Positions 39,214 through 50,142 of a DNA stretch of 64,000 nt are shown in pieces. This DNA comes from Candidatus Uhrbacteria bacterium CG10_big_fil_rev_8_21_14_0_10_50_16 (GTDB taxonomy: Bacteria; Patescibacteriota; Patescibacteriia; UBA9934; UBA11717). The translations under genes were made by a program, and so were the position numbers. The notes beneath the pieces were generated by a model. It saw only the letters and a list, made by a program, of their open reading frames with translations. It did no database searches and was not told the DNA's origin. How positions within the stretch are numbered: position 1 is the stretch's first letter; every line of letters begins with the position of its first letter. Location of the stretch: the NCBI GenBank assembly GCA_002774875.1, contig PCYM01000010.1, positions 8,645 to 72,644 on the forward strand. The letters are read 5' to 3'.

Positions 39214-39888
39214 ATGGCAACTCCCTCCTCACAACAACCCAAGAAGGGTTGGGCGGCCTATGCTCTTGAGCAGAAGGTCGGTCTTGTTATTTTTGGTGTG
39301 ACGGGTGTGGTTGGACTTATTTTGAGCATGGTGTTTATTGTGCAGGGAATCCGAGCACCGTTTATTGTGAGTTATTCCGGGGATCGATTTACGACTACGA
39401 GCGAGCGCAACGCGGAGGAAATTCAAAAACAGAAGACCACAGATACAGATGGTGATGGCATTAACGATTACGATGAGTTGAACGTGTTTCGAACAAGCCC
39501 GTACTTGGCGGACTCCGACTCGGATGGCTTTGACGATAATCAAGAGATTAAAAGTGGTAACGACCCTAACTGTCCCGTGGATCAAAACTGCGGTCGCGCG
39601 TCCGATGCGGGTGTCAATAATCCGTTGATCGCCTCCGACCTGACCGATAAGCTTCCGTTTGAAGAATCTGGGTTGAATACGCAGATCAACGACGCGGGTG
39701 ATGTAGAGAACCTGCTGGGTCAACTGACAAATGACGATATTCGTGCGGCACTTTTGCAACAGGGAATCGATCAAACAACCATCGATGCGTTGAGTGACGC
39801 TGAGATTCGCGACCTGTTTAACTCGGCCCTACAAGAATTAGCAGCGAGTGGTGCAATCAATGACATCCTCAAACAAGCAAAACAATGA
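39214..39888 (+). CDS. Membrane-anchored protein with thrombospondin-type-3-like Ca-binding repeats (DTDGDGINDYDE, DSDSDGFDDNQE)
   Basis: One TM helix, then DxDxDG repeats. TGCTATACT -10 box upstream. Stop overlaps the start of the giant gene (CAATGAAA), suggesting translational coupling. Confidence 0.55.
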   Translation: MATPSSQQPKKGWAAYALEQKVGLVIFGVTGVVGLILSMVFIVQGIRAPFIVSYSGDRFTTTSERNAEEIQKQKTTDTDGDGINDYDELNVFRTSPYLADSDSDGFDDNQEIKSGNDPNCPVDQNCGRASDAGVNNPLIASDLTDKLPFEESGLNTQINDAGDVENLLGQLTNDDIRAALLQQGIDQTTIDALSDAEIRDLFNSALQELAASGAINDILKQAKQ

Positions 39889-42800
39889 AACGCGCACGTC
39901 ACATCTTTGAAAAGCTTTTCCTCGGATGGATGATCGGAGTTATGCTTGTAGCCTCTTCGTTTGCGGTTCCTCGCGCTGCGTTGGCGCAAGGATTGCCTGT
40001 TATCGACTCCTCGTTGCTTGGATTTAAGACGAAGGAAGAAATTGAGAAAGCGATTCTTAAACCACTGGGCGTGGCGTTGATTCAAATTCTTATTAACCTG
40101 GTTTCGTTCGTGGCAAACCGATTAGCCTACGACGCAGCGTTGGCGATTGCCTCGGGTGGTAAGGGACAAACGGCAAACTTTGAATATCGGAGTATTGAAG
40201 AATACGGACAAGATTTGTGGCAGTCTGTGTTAGGAGAATCTATTGGTCAGCTTTCCGAAGGGTTAGATATGGCGGGGGTGAATTTTGATGTTTGTGCGCC
40301 AACAAGCCCAATAAAGACATTGAATTTACAACTAGGGATAGCCGGTGGTGCACGACCAGAGCCGACCTGTGACTTTAGGGATATTCAATCCAACTGGGAA
40401 GGATTCGTGGCGACGTTGCAGGAGGATGCCGATCCAAACAGGATTTTTGATGAATTTGCGGCTTCTTTCGGTCAGGGTCAAACGGAATTGTCGGCGACAA
40501 TTAGTATTTTGTCTCAAACATACGCACAGGCGGCTCAGACGCAAGATATAAAAACCAGTGAACTCCTCGCAAACGATCGCTTTAAAGACGTGGAGGATTT
40601 TATTACGGGGAATGTCAAAACACCTTCCACTGTGTTGGAGGATCAGTTTAAGGGGAAGTTAGATGAGGCTCAGAACAATCAGACAGAGGCACTTAAGAGC
40701 GCCTTATTTGGAAACGAGGGAGCTTTGTTGCAAATTGGTGTGTCAGCGGGATCGGTATTCTTAAATACCTTGTTGAGCCAATTGACCAACAAGATTTACA
40801 CAGGATTGTTTGAACCGCCAACTACGGGAGGCGTGTTTAATCCAGACTTTATTAATATTCGTGGACGCGATCGGGCACGAGAGACGTTTAAGGGATTGCT
40901 CACGACGCCTATCCAAACGTTGGATCAGTACAACGTAGTAAACCAATTTGTCACGTGTCCCGGTGCTACAAATCGCGGTCCAAATAACTGTGTCATGGAC
41001 ACAAGTTTTGCGGCGATTATCTCGCGTTCGGAGGCGGGTGAGGGAATGACGATTCAGCAAGCGATTGACGCGGATTTGTTGCACGGTGGATGGCCGTTGG
41101 TCTCTTCTGCGCGAGCGGATTTAGATCAAGACGCATTTTGTTACACACAGGCATACTGTTATTCCAACCTCGTTAAGATGCGTGTCGCCCGTGTTATTCC
41201 GGTGGGTCTTGAGATCGCGGCCGACAAATCAGGGCAAGGAAACTTACCCGTGATTACGCTGCAACAGGCCGTGAACGCCTTTAACGATTGTAATTTTGAA
41301 AATCCCGACGCCTTGTTAGATGCGAATAATCCTTACTGTCACTTGGTGGATCCAAATTGGGTGATTAAGTATCCAGAAACGCAATGTCGCGCGCAAGTGT
41401 TTGGTCAAACATTAGTTGCGGAGAGCGCAAATGTTCGTGCCGAGACCTGTGTAGACACACCAAGTTGTATCTCTGAAGATGAGAATGGAAACTGTGTGGG
41501 TGGATATGGATACTGTACACGTGAGCGAAACGTGTGGCAGTTTGATGGAGATGTGTGTCCATCGCAATATGCAAGTTGTACAACGCTTACGAGTCGTACG
41601 GGTGAGAGAGATAGTTTGCTTACCAACACGGTTGATTTTGCCGGATGTAATGCCGACAATGCTGGTTGTGCATGGTATCGAACAGAACAACAGCGTAACG
41701 ACAACGACACACCCGCAGATCCAACGGATGATATATTTACATGGGGAACAGAAGTGCCAAACGACAATGGAACACCGGGCGATCCAACGGATGATTTTGT
41801 GGACATTACGGACACTAACCCTGCTGCCGCACCGAATGTATCTACAGTTCGAACCTATTTTAACGCGCAGACGCAGGCGTGTCGCGCAGCAGATGCAGGA
41901 TGTACCGATCTCGTACGCGCGTCGTCGTCCACATTAAACCCAGTGCTTAATGCGAGTTTTGAAGATGATGCAGATCAAAACAACGCTCCGGATCATTGGG
42001 ATTTGGGATCAGGATCGCAATATCGTACGTCTGGCTTGGATGCCGCTTTTGGGGGAGACGCTGTGTGGATTCCCGAAGGGGATGCGATTCTTACGCATGA
42101 ATCTGTTCATCTATCCGCAAATCAATTTGTAACCGTATCGTTTCATACACGCGGAGAGGCTTTGTTAAACACGAGTGTAGAATCTTTGTTGACGTTTGTG
42201 AACGCAAGTGGAGTTGGCGTTACACCAACAATCTTGTTGAATTCCCCAAACTGTACGTCGGGCGGAGGATCAGTCTTTTTTGAAGGAACGGCGGGAGATA
42301 CGTATGAACGATTCTCGTGTACGTTTACGACACCTTCTCTTGCGGACACGTGGATGACTATTCGACTCGAGGCAGTAGCAGGGGACGCCTATATTGATGG
42401 GGTGCAGGTGGACGAACAGGAGGTCACAACAAACTTCCATGTCGGGTACGGTTCCTCTTCAGAACGCGTAGATATTCGCGTAGCTCCAGACTATTTGGAA
42501 TGTACGGGTAATGCGACAGACGCAGAGATTTGTAATAATTATGCACCCGTGTGTCGCGCGTCGGAGGTGGGATGTACCGCCTACACACCAACAAACGGAG
42601 ACCCAACGGTGCCTGGAATCGTTAATTCTACTAATACGTGTCCGTCTGAGTGTGTAGGGTATGAGACCTATCGTCAGTTAGCATCTAACTTCTCTACAGC
42701 AGTTTTCCCAACCACCTTTATTGCCGATTCTGCACGGAGCTGTACCGCGGAGGCGGCGGGATGTTCTGAATTTACCAATCTTGACGCACTCGCAGAGGGT

Positions 42801-45800
42801 GGAGAGAGCCGTGAGTATTTTGTTGACGTGCGAGCGTGTCAGGAAGAGGCAGAGGCGGCAAATACGGGCGCGGTATATTACACATGGGAAGGATCCGATG
42901 TATCAGGATTTCAACTCCGTACATGGTCACTTAAACAATCCAATGCAGGAGATGCTCCTTGTACAGACTTTAATGCGGCCTCGGGCACGTGTGTTGATGC
43001 GTCAACGGCGGCCCCTGCGGGATGTAGCCAGCATGCGGATATCTTCCTTGACCCAGATTGTCGCGAGTTTTACGATGCGAGCGGCGACATTCATTATCGC
43101 TACTATTCGGATACCGTCACGGTGGACAACGCGTGTAGCCCTTATCGTAAGACCAACTCAACGCTTAACGATTGTCAGACAACGGGTGGCGTATGGAACG
43201 TCTCGGCGGGAAACTGTACGTATAACATCATGCCATCGGAAAGTACACAGTGTTCTGCAGCGGCAAACGGCTGTCGTGGATACACCGGAAACACCGGAAA
43301 CAATACACGCATCGTGTTACAAGAATATTTTGAGACAGGGAACTTGGGCAATTGGCCAGATGTTTCCGGTACGTCGTTATACAGTAATGAGTCCGTCGCG
43401 GCCGGTGGTCATTCGATGCTCGTTGGCAATGTGGTTGCGGCACAGCAAAGCGAAGGACAGATCTTTGCCGAGCGTGGTTACATCTTGTCTTTCTGGGCAA
43501 AAGGAAGTGGTACATTGCTTGCCAATTTTGTGGGGGCGACTGGTCCAAGCGTAAGTATGGTGCCAGGATTAACGTTGACCAACGGATGGCAGGAATACAC
43601 GTTTGGTCCTGTGACTCCAACGGGTGCCGGATTTGACGAGGCAACTGCGCGTTTAACGTTTGATCTCAACGGAACAGCAGCGTACGTGGATAATATTACA
43701 TTGCGAGAAGTACAAGACACGGCGTACCTCATTGAGAATAGCTGGGTTACTCCGTCCACGTGTGACCAGACGCCACAGGGCGTTGCGGCGCCACAGTTCT
43801 ACCTTGGTTGTCAGGAATACCGCACACATCGCGGAGAGACGGTAGACCTTACCTCATTTGCCTCAATTTGCCGTCAGGAGGCAATTGGTTGTGAAGGATT
43901 CTTTGATACGCAAAACTCTAATAGCCCGTATCCTCAGGCCTTTAATCTTACCTGTAGCGTGGGCGGATCGGTAACGGAGCCAACGCCTTGTTCGTTTGAT
44001 GGTAAGGACGTCTGTACTGTTTTCCCAGGTCAGGCAACGTGTAAGTTTCAGGCAAATGGAGTAGACGCGCCGTTTACGCTCGCGCCGTACTTGGCAGAAG
44101 ACACCGAGGTGGTCCCTCGCGACGAGAAGGTATTCCTCGTTGATCTACCACAGTATCGTTGTAGCGCACAGGCGGCAGGGTGTACGTTGTACGGCAGCCC
44201 AGACTTTAATATCGACAATACAGAAGTAACGGCCTACGCGAGCGTGGCATTGTTGAACGATCCAGACACCTATGGAGACACGTTGTGTGAGCAGGAAGAT
44301 TTATTCTGCGATGCGTATAGCTCGGACGGTGGCGCGCTGTTCTACTTTAAGAATCCTGGAAGTCAGAAATGTGAGTACAAGGAGTTGGTGACGATCGAGG
44401 GAACGGTGTATTCCGGTTGGTTCCGTGTAGGTGGAAGTGAGCCATGTTATTACGACGACCTCAACAATAATGGAGAATTTGATGCAGCAAGTGAGTTATC
44501 AGACAGCTACTTGATTGGCGGAACAGCGTTTGGCATTTGGCACAATGGGGATGCAGCAAACTACGATGGTTGGGCGGGAACTTGTCCTGCTGAGCAGAGT
44601 TCGTGTTCTGAGTTTGTGGATGTTGTGGACGTGGCCGATGGTCTCCATCCAAACGGTCGACCGTATTACTATTTGAACAATGACCGCATTAATCCTGCGG
44701 CAGATTCGGCGTCAGAATCGTGTAATGGCCTTATTTCGCAAGAGCAAGGTTGTGTTGGATTCAATAATAATGCAACACCGTTTGTGACGTTTAATGCGTC
44801 GGCAAGTTACATTAAGAGTTGGCACTCGGATACATTAGTGAATGCCGACAAGCGGTTTACGCCTGTGGATCCGGTGGATTGTAGCTCGGGAACGGGAGGC
44901 ATCTACACACTGCCAGACGGATCGACCATCGATTTGTGTCAAAGCTTCTGTGTGTATCCAACGCAAACAGGGTTTAGTGGCGATCTTCCGCAGTACAACG
45001 TGAGTGTAGAGGGATCGTGCGTGGTGGATCAGGATTGCGGAACGCGGACCGATACATTCGGGGCGGATCAACAAGGTTCTTGTTACAAGGCGTATGAGCC
45101 AAACCCAGATGCGTACCTCTGTTTGGGGGGTGGAGAGCATGGCGAGTTACACCAGAACAGTGGTTCTTGTGTAACAAGTCAGGCATTCTTTGTGCCGGGT
45201 CGTGTGCAGAGTATTTACGGAACTTCGCAACGACAGCCAAATGATGCGAATACTATTTTAAATGTGCGACGTGATCGACAATGTTCGGAATGGTTGGCCT
45301 GCGATAGTCAGACATCTGCGTGGGACGATGAGCAAGGAAAATTTGTGAATGTGTGTAACTCGGTCAGCTTGTGTAACGAGTATTCAGCCGTTGGAAGCCA
45401 GTCATTCTGCTCCAACTGGATTGAGGAGCCAATACGTGTGTTGGACGACGTAGAATACGCAAACCGTGATGTTACCTGGTATGGATCCGAATATTCTGGG
45501 TACTCAATTCCGGATCAGTATGCGGTTCAGGATTACAGTCAGATCAACATTAATCCGGAGAAGCTGTGTCAGAATTCTGTCAGCGGAAAAATCTATAATG
45601 TCTCGGGTGGTGTGACGGTTTATAATTCAGTGAGTGGTCAATGGGATAATGGTGTGCCTGCCTCCTGTGCGTCTACAAATAACTGTCTCGGATTTAGTGC
45701 GGATGCAATTTGTACGAGTGCGGACGAGGATTATCGGCTTGCCGTTACGCTGGGGCCATGTGTTACCGGAACGGCTAATGGAGCAAGTTGTTCTGTTGGT

Positions 45801-48800
45801 CAGTGTACCGATACGCTGCTTGCCTGTGCTTCTAATGCGGATTGCGGTACCGGTCCTGGAGTCTTCTGTAATCTTGCACCAACGGTAGCAGAATCCGGTC
45901 AGTGTTTTAATGGTCTTTGTGCAAGTTCTGTTGATGGAACGGATTTGGTAAACGCCACCAGACAAGAGTGTCGTGGATACCCGGAAAGTAACGCTCCATT
46001 CCCAAATGACATCGTAACAAACTGGACGGCACAGCGGGCGCTTGTTTTGCCAAACGATGGTCCATTAGAAGAACGTCCAACGGCGTTTAGGCCCGGTTTT
46101 GCCAATGCGACCTATTGTGCCAGCGGTGAGGCGTGTGATTGTTCCTATGTCACGGCCGAATACGGTGGAGGGGTGAAGAGTTTAAATTTGGCGAGAGGAA
46201 ATGGTGAAGGTGCGCTTCCGGGGGTCTGTGTTGGGGGAGAATTTGAGGGAAGCTCTTGTACGGGAGATAATCAATGTAGCAACACTTCCGGTGGAGGCGG
46301 AGGTATCTGTGAGTTTATTACCGCAAAGAACACCTTTATTGGGTGGCCGGGATTCTGTATCCAGAGTGATTTGAGCATCAACATTAACGCGAGCCAGGAT
46401 AAAAACGCGTGTTTGCTCTGGTTGCCGGTAGACCAGTTGCGTGGCGGAACAGATATCTATAATAAGTTTACCGAGGCGGGATTCTCTATTGCTAACACTA
46501 CGTACTGCACACAAAACAGCGTGTTTATTGACTTGGGCGTAACGGGTGCGCAGGATACAATTAGCAACGATGACATTAATGACACCATTGCGCCTGCGTG
46601 TGCCGCTTCCTTCCCACCAGATGCCACGGGCGTGCCAACACCTCCTATCGGATTTACGGATCCATTGGGTGCTTGGTTTGTGCAAATGGTGAATGCAACC
46701 GCAAACGGTGTTACAAGAAATGTTCCGGAAAACGCAAGCGGATCCGAGGCTGCGACCGGTGGATGTGACGCAGATGAATATAACTCGTGTTGGGCGAGTG
46801 TGGCGTGTCCAAAAAATTACTTTGCTGTGATTGGAGCCTGCGAGGCAGACGCCAACGTGTGTGGAAACTCGGCAGGGCCAGAAGGTGATGTGTTTGAGGA
46901 TTGTCCGTACTTCTGTGTGCCATATGGCTCAAAGTACGAGCTTCCGGTTGATGCAATCGGTGCGGTACCCGGAGACGTGTGTGCTCCGCCTGCCAACATG
47001 GTTGCCAATGGAATGACGGTGCCCATTAACTCAACGGCATTGGATCTTGGGTTGACGGACGAGGAAGAAATCTTTAGTAGAGCCACCTGGTCCGGAACTT
47101 CTGGCCCTGCATCTGAACAGGGCACAGACACGGCGTTTGGATACTTGGTAAACGACGAGGACTTCCAAGCTCTTGAGGACCGTTATGCAAGCTGCAGAGT
47201 ACGAGGATATGAGTGGAATGCGGACAGTCTTCTAGATAATTATTACGTCCCTTTGTGGCCTGTAGAAAGTTTAATGATCTCTGATCTGGAGCATAACTGG
47301 GAATATTATCTTGGATGCTCGGAGCTCGCCTTTACAAGCGTAGAGGCAGGGTACGGTAATCAGTCAGATACCGTTGGTAACGCGGCCTATACAAACCGTG
47401 CGTTGACGCCAAACCAGAATGTTGCTTGGCAATACACACTCAATGAAGCCGGAATGCCAAGTGCGTTGAGTTACAACAGCGCAACACAGCCGGATGATGT
47501 GGGACGTATTGTGCCAAGTTATGAGTTTACGGATGCGTCGCACATAACAATCAACGATCCAACACAGGCAGACTTTGCCGGTGCCACCGTGTTGGCATGT
47601 AACAACTCAAACCTCTCCCTGGAACCGCTCGCGGAGGGAAGTGCCTGCACCACGCTTACAGGAAACATTACAACGTCTGCCAGAAGTTACGATGATACAA
47701 GTTTCTCTTTGCCGTCTGCCTTAAATGGAGGTGAGTTTGATTGTGATATTGCGACGGATTGTCCAAACTACACAGCGCCAAGCGGAGGGCAGTGTTTAAC
47801 AGGTGTAAATAACTTTGCTTGTTTTGTTGGGTGTGATGAGGGGTCTATGCAAGCAAATGACATTGCAAATGCGTATATTGCAAGTGGATGGAACATAGCA
47901 GGTGCCAACAGTTGGTGTGCTTCGATGGAACTTGGATCCTGTGTGGCAGATATAAATAATTTATCTAATCAATTGGACTATACATGTCAGCGATATTATG
48001 GACATCCATTAAGCTCGATCGTTGGAGAGGCAAACCAAGCAGCTGCTCTTGGAACCTCACAAAATGTCTGTAACTCAGCCTCGGCAAACGGCACCTTCTT
48101 TGATTCGTCGACCTGGATGGCAGCAAACCCAACAGGTGATTGGGAGTCGTTCGTTTTCGCCACAGAACATCAGTGCGATATAAGTGGTGGAGATGCGATG
48201 TGTGATACGGATTCGCAGTGTGGAGGGTCGCCTGGAACGCTGTGTCTTAACAACACCTGTTCAATAGACCTCACATCGATTCCAAACGCGGATATTATTC
48301 CAATTAAAAATCCGGGTTCTACGCCGGCGCAGGTGTTAGGTCGTCTGAAGCAATTCTTTGCACGCGTGTATTCCTTCTGGGAGTATGACGATGAAACAGC
48401 AACGATTGCCCGTTCAACCAATAATGCCGATGCGCCAGTTACGGTTGGAGGAACAGGTGTGTATGAAAAAATTGGACTCGGACCTTTCTCTGCCGCCGAT
48501 CTTGATGATCGGCAAGACGGAGATGCAAACGGCACGGGACCAAACAATGGAACGCCAACATCTCCACAAGTGGCGAGCGTGACGGATAATTGCGTAGGGA
48601 CGAATTGTGTGGAAGGTGAAACGGGAACATTTAGTGTCAACGGTAGCGCGGGACGTATTTGGAACGCGCAACGGAGCTTCTTGGCAAACATTGAGTTCTA
48701 TGCCTTTACTGATCCAAACCAATATCCATTAAAGAATGTGATTGTGGATTGGGGAGATGGGCAGGAGACAGGTTGGGGAGCATCGCTGAGTATTCCAAAT

Positions 48801-49361
48801 TCGCTCGCCAATGTTTGGGGGCGTGGTGATGAGGTGGGGTCTACAACGGATGACAATTATTACAAAGCCCACCGTGGGTTGAACGCGAGCCAACAGCAAA
48901 TTTGTGTGCCTCCATCCGGGGAGGAAGAATGGGGCAAGACGTCCGATAGTTGTCAAAGCGGACCGTTCCAATTCCAACATAATTACCGTTGTACACCGGG
49001 GATGTTTAACTGGCTCCAGGTCGCTGGGCGTGAGTGTCATTATGTAACGGGCACAAACATCTTAGAAAACTCGCCGTGTTATGAGCCGGGTGGGGATGTG
49101 TGTATCTTCCAACCGCGGGTGTACGTAAAAGATAACTGGGATTACTGTACGGGTGTGTGTACGATTGGGCCGAATGGCAATTCTACGTGTCAGGGGTCTG
49201 TATTGTTACCTTTTTCGCCGGTTGATTTAATAGCAGAGTGTAATCAAAATATTTGGCCTCGCACAGAATTAGATGACCCAGGGTATCCAAATGGCAGTTA
49301 TAATAATCCTTGGATCAACTGGGATGGCAACATCCGTATAACACCTACCAATAACTTGTAA
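39885..49361 (+). CDS. Giant secreted cysteine-rich protein (3158 aa): signal peptide, about 330-aa Cys-poor helical N-terminal region, then about 2800 aa rich in C/G/T/S/D/N
   Basis: Single uninterrupted ORF of 9.5 kb. Signal peptide MKRARHIFEKLFLGWMIGVMLVASSFAVPRAALAQG. Very many Cys residues spread over the length, with no obvious tandem repeat. One internal segment resembles a carbohydrate-binding/jelly-roll module. Confidence 0.85.
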   Translation: MKRARHIFEKLFLGWMIGVMLVASSFAVPRAALAQGLPVIDSSLLGFKTKEEIEKAILKPLGVALIQILINLVSFVANRLAYDAALAIASGGKGQTANFEYRSIEEYGQDLWQSVLGESIGQLSEGLDMAGVNFDVCAPTSPIKTLNLQLGIAGGARPEPTCDFRDIQSNWEGFVATLQEDADPNRIFDEFAASFGQGQTELSATISILSQTYAQAAQTQDIKTSELLANDRFKDVEDFITGNVKTPSTVLEDQFKGKLDEAQNNQTEALKSALFGNEGALLQIGVSAGSVFLNTLLSQLTNKIYTGLFEPPTTGGVFNPDFINIRGRDRARETFKGLLTTPIQTLDQYNVVNQFVTCPGATNRGPNNCVMDTSFAAIISRSEAGEGMTIQQAIDADLLHGGWPLVSSARADLDQDAFCYTQAYCYSNLVKMRVARVIPVGLEIAADKSGQGNLPVITLQQAVNAFNDCNFENPDALLDANNPYCHLVDPNWVIKYPETQCRAQVFGQTLVAESANVRAETCVDTPSCISEDENGNCVGGYGYCTRERNVWQFDGDVCPSQYASCTTLTSRTGERDSLLTNTVDFAGCNADNAGCAWYRTEQQRNDNDTPADPTDDIFTWGTEVPNDNGTPGDPTDDFVDITDTNPAAAPNVSTVRTYFNAQTQACRAADAGCTDLVRASSSTLNPVLNASFEDDADQNNAPDHWDLGSGSQYRTSGLDAAFGGDAVWIPEGDAILTHESVHLSANQFVTVSFHTRGEALLNTSVESLLTFVNASGVGVTPTILLNSPNCTSGGGSVFFEGTAGDTYERFSCTFTTPSLADTWMTIRLEAVAGDAYIDGVQVDEQEVTTNFHVGYGSSSERVDIRVAPDYLECTGNATDAEICNNYAPVCRASEVGCTAYTPTNGDPTVPGIVNSTNTCPSECVGYETYRQLASNFSTAVFPTTFIADSARSCTAEAAGCSEFTNLDALAEGGESREYFVDVRACQEEAEAANTGAVYYTWEGSDVSGFQLRTWSLKQSNAGDAPCTDFNAASGTCVDASTAAPAGCSQHADIFLDPDCREFYDASGDIHYRYYSDTVTVDNACSPYRKTNSTLNDCQTTGGVWNVSAGNCTYNIMPSESTQCSAAANGCRGYTGNTGNNTRIVLQEYFETGNLGNWPDVSGTSLYSNESVAAGGHSMLVGNVVAAQQSEGQIFAERGYILSFWAKGSGTLLANFVGATGPSVSMVPGLTLTNGWQEYTFGPVTPTGAGFDEATARLTFDLNGTAAYVDNITLREVQDTAYLIENSWVTPSTCDQTPQGVAAPQFYLGCQEYRTHRGETVDLTSFASICRQEAIGCEGFFDTQNSNSPYPQAFNLTCSVGGSVTEPTPCSFDGKDVCTVFPGQATCKFQANGVDAPFTLAPYLAEDTEVVPRDEKVFLVDLPQYRCSAQAAGCTLYGSPDFNIDNTEVTAYASVALLNDPDTYGDTLCEQEDLFCDAYSSDGGALFYFKNPGSQKCEYKELVTIEGTVYSGWFRVGGSEPCYYDDLNNNGEFDAASELSDSYLIGGTAFGIWHNGDAANYDGWAGTCPAEQSSCSEFVDVVDVADGLHPNGRPYYYLNNDRINPAADSASESCNGLISQEQGCVGFNNNATPFVTFNASASYIKSWHSDTLVNADKRFTPVDPVDCSSGTGGIYTLPDGSTIDLCQSFCVYPTQTGFSGDLPQYNVSVEGSCVVDQDCGTRTDTFGADQQGSCYKAYEPNPDAYLCLGGGEHGELHQNSGSCVTSQAFFVPGRVQSIYGTSQRQPNDANTILNVRRDRQCSEWLACDSQTSAWDDEQGKFVNVCNSVSLCNEYSAVGSQSFCSNWIEEPIRVLDDVEYANRDVTWYGSEYSGYSIPDQYAVQDYSQININPEKLCQNSVSGKIYNVSGGVTVYNSVSGQWDNGVPASCASTNNCLGFSADAICTSADEDYRLAVTLGPCVTGTANGASCSVGQCTDTLLACASNADCGTGPGVFCNLAPTVAESGQCFNGLCASSVDGTDLVNATRQECRGYPESNAPFPNDIVTNWTAQRALVLPNDGPLEERPTAFRPGFANATYCASGEACDCSYVTAEYGGGVKSLNLARGNGEGALPGVCVGGEFEGSSCTGDNQCSNTSGGGGGICEFITAKNTFIGWPGFCIQSDLSININASQDKNACLLWLPVDQLRGGTDIYNKFTEAGFSIANTTYCTQNSVFIDLGVTGAQDTISNDDINDTIAPACAASFPPDATGVPTPPIGFTDPLGAWFVQMVNATANGVTRNVPENASGSEAATGGCDADEYNSCWASVACPKNYFAVIGACEADANVCGNSAGPEGDVFEDCPYFCVPYGSKYELPVDAIGAVPGDVCAPPANMVANGMTVPINSTALDLGLTDEEEIFSRATWSGTSGPASEQGTDTAFGYLVNDEDFQALEDRYASCRVRGYEWNADSLLDNYYVPLWPVESLMISDLEHNWEYYLGCSELAFTSVEAGYGNQSDTVGNAAYTNRALTPNQNVAWQYTLNEAGMPSALSYNSATQPDDVGRIVPSYEFTDASHITINDPTQADFAGATVLACNNSNLSLEPLAEGSACTTLTGNITTSARSYDDTSFSLPSALNGGEFDCDIATDCPNYTAPSGGQCLTGVNNFACFVGCDEGSMQANDIANAYIASGWNIAGANSWCASMELGSCVADINNLSNQLDYTCQRYYGHPLSSIVGEANQAAALGTSQNVCNSASANGTFFDSSTWMAANPTGDWESFVFATEHQCDISGGDAMCDTDSQCGGSPGTLCLNNTCSIDLTSIPNADIIPIKNPGSTPAQVLGRLKQFFARVYSFWEYDDETATIARSTNNADAPVTVGGTGVYEKIGLGPFSAADLDDRQDGDANGTGPNNGTPTSPQVASVTDNCVGTNCVEGETGTFSVNGSAGRIWNAQRSFLANIEFYAFTDPNQYPLKNVIVDWGDGQETGWGASLSIPNSLANVWGRGDEVGSTTDDNYYKAHRGLNASQQQICVPPSGEEEWGKTSDSCQSGPFQFQHNYRCTPGMFNWLQVAGRECHYVTGTNILENSPCYEPGGDVCIFQPRVYVKDNWDYCTGVCTIGPNGNSTCQGSVLLPFSPVDLIAECNQNIWPRTELDDPGYPNGSYNNPWINWDGNIRITPTNNL

Positions 49362-49388
49362 CATAAAAGAGCCGTAAGGCTCTTTTAT
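49362..49388 (+). terminator. Terminator after the giant gene (AAAGAGCC-gtaa-GGCTCTTTT)
   Basis: Perfect hairpin with a T-run immediately after the stop. Confidence 0.55.
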
Positions 49389-49488
49389 CTTTAAGGTAAG
49401 ATTAGAAAAAGGTCTATTTTGCCTAGAAAAAAGGACACCCGCCACGTACAGGAGGTACGGGCGGGGTCGTGAGGGTTGAACGGAGCGA

Positions 49489-50142
49489 TCAGAGGCGATC
49501 GCAGTGGATGTTGAGTTGATCACCGAGATCGTAGGTGATGGCACCTTCGATCTCGGTGTAGCTCTCGTCGAACGTGGCATCGAGGCGTCCCTGCCCATCC
49601 ACGATGGCCACCAATTCGCGGTTGAAGAGCACTCCACCCACCTGGCCGGTGATCTCTTGACCATCTTCGGTCTGAAGAAAGACGGTGCTGTGGGACGGCC
49701 CGAAGGCGCAGTCCCACGCCCATCCGGCGTAGGGGGTGTCGATCGTGGGGACGTTGAGCATCCCTCCGTCCCGAACGCTGAACTCGATGGTCTCCGGCTG
49801 GTTGAACATCTCCGCCCAGCGAGGGTTGTTGTAGGTCACAACCTCCGCCTTGCCGTGGGCTACGGTCACCTCACACGGCGGGCGGGCCCAGGGGGCGTCG
49901 CGGGGATCGATCCCGGGGGGGATGACCTCGATCTCGTACGGACCTCCCTCCTGGAGGGTGACCGTGTGATCCACGGCATGGCCGTCGATCTCGAGGTCGA
50001 ACGCGTCCGGACGGCCGATGTCGACCGTGACCGTGACGTCGCCGCTGATGACCGTGTCGTCGTCGTCCCCGGGGAGCAGGGACGGGTCGCAACCGGTGAA
50101 CAGGACGCTGCCGAGCAGCGCCGCGATGAGCATGGAACGCAT
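49489..50142 (-). CDS. Lipoprotein (lipobox LFTGC) encoded in a about 66% GC island
   Basis: RBS GGAGAA before the internal ATG (MRSMLIAALLGSVLFTGC). The ORF track extends to 50208. Sharp GC jump at about 49430-50210. Confidence 0.5.
   Translation of the reverse strand: MRSMLIAALLGSVLFTGCDPSLLPGDDDDTVISGDVTVTVDIGRPDAFDLEIDGHAVDHTVTLQEGGPYEIEVIPPGIDPRDAPWARPPCEVTVAHGKAEVVTYNNPRWAEMFNQPETIEFSVRDGGMLNVPTIDTPYAGWAWDCAFGPSHSTVFLQTEDGQEITGQVGGVLFNRELVAIVDGQGRLDATFDESYTEIEGAITYDLGDQLNIHCDRL

Noticed and set aside
39885-49361. Dozens of 60-170-aa ORFs on the opposite strand or in other frames inside the giant gene and inside high-GC islands
   Set aside because: Embedded in a continuous 9.5 kb ORF, or in GC-rich DNA where stop codons are rare, with no independent signals.
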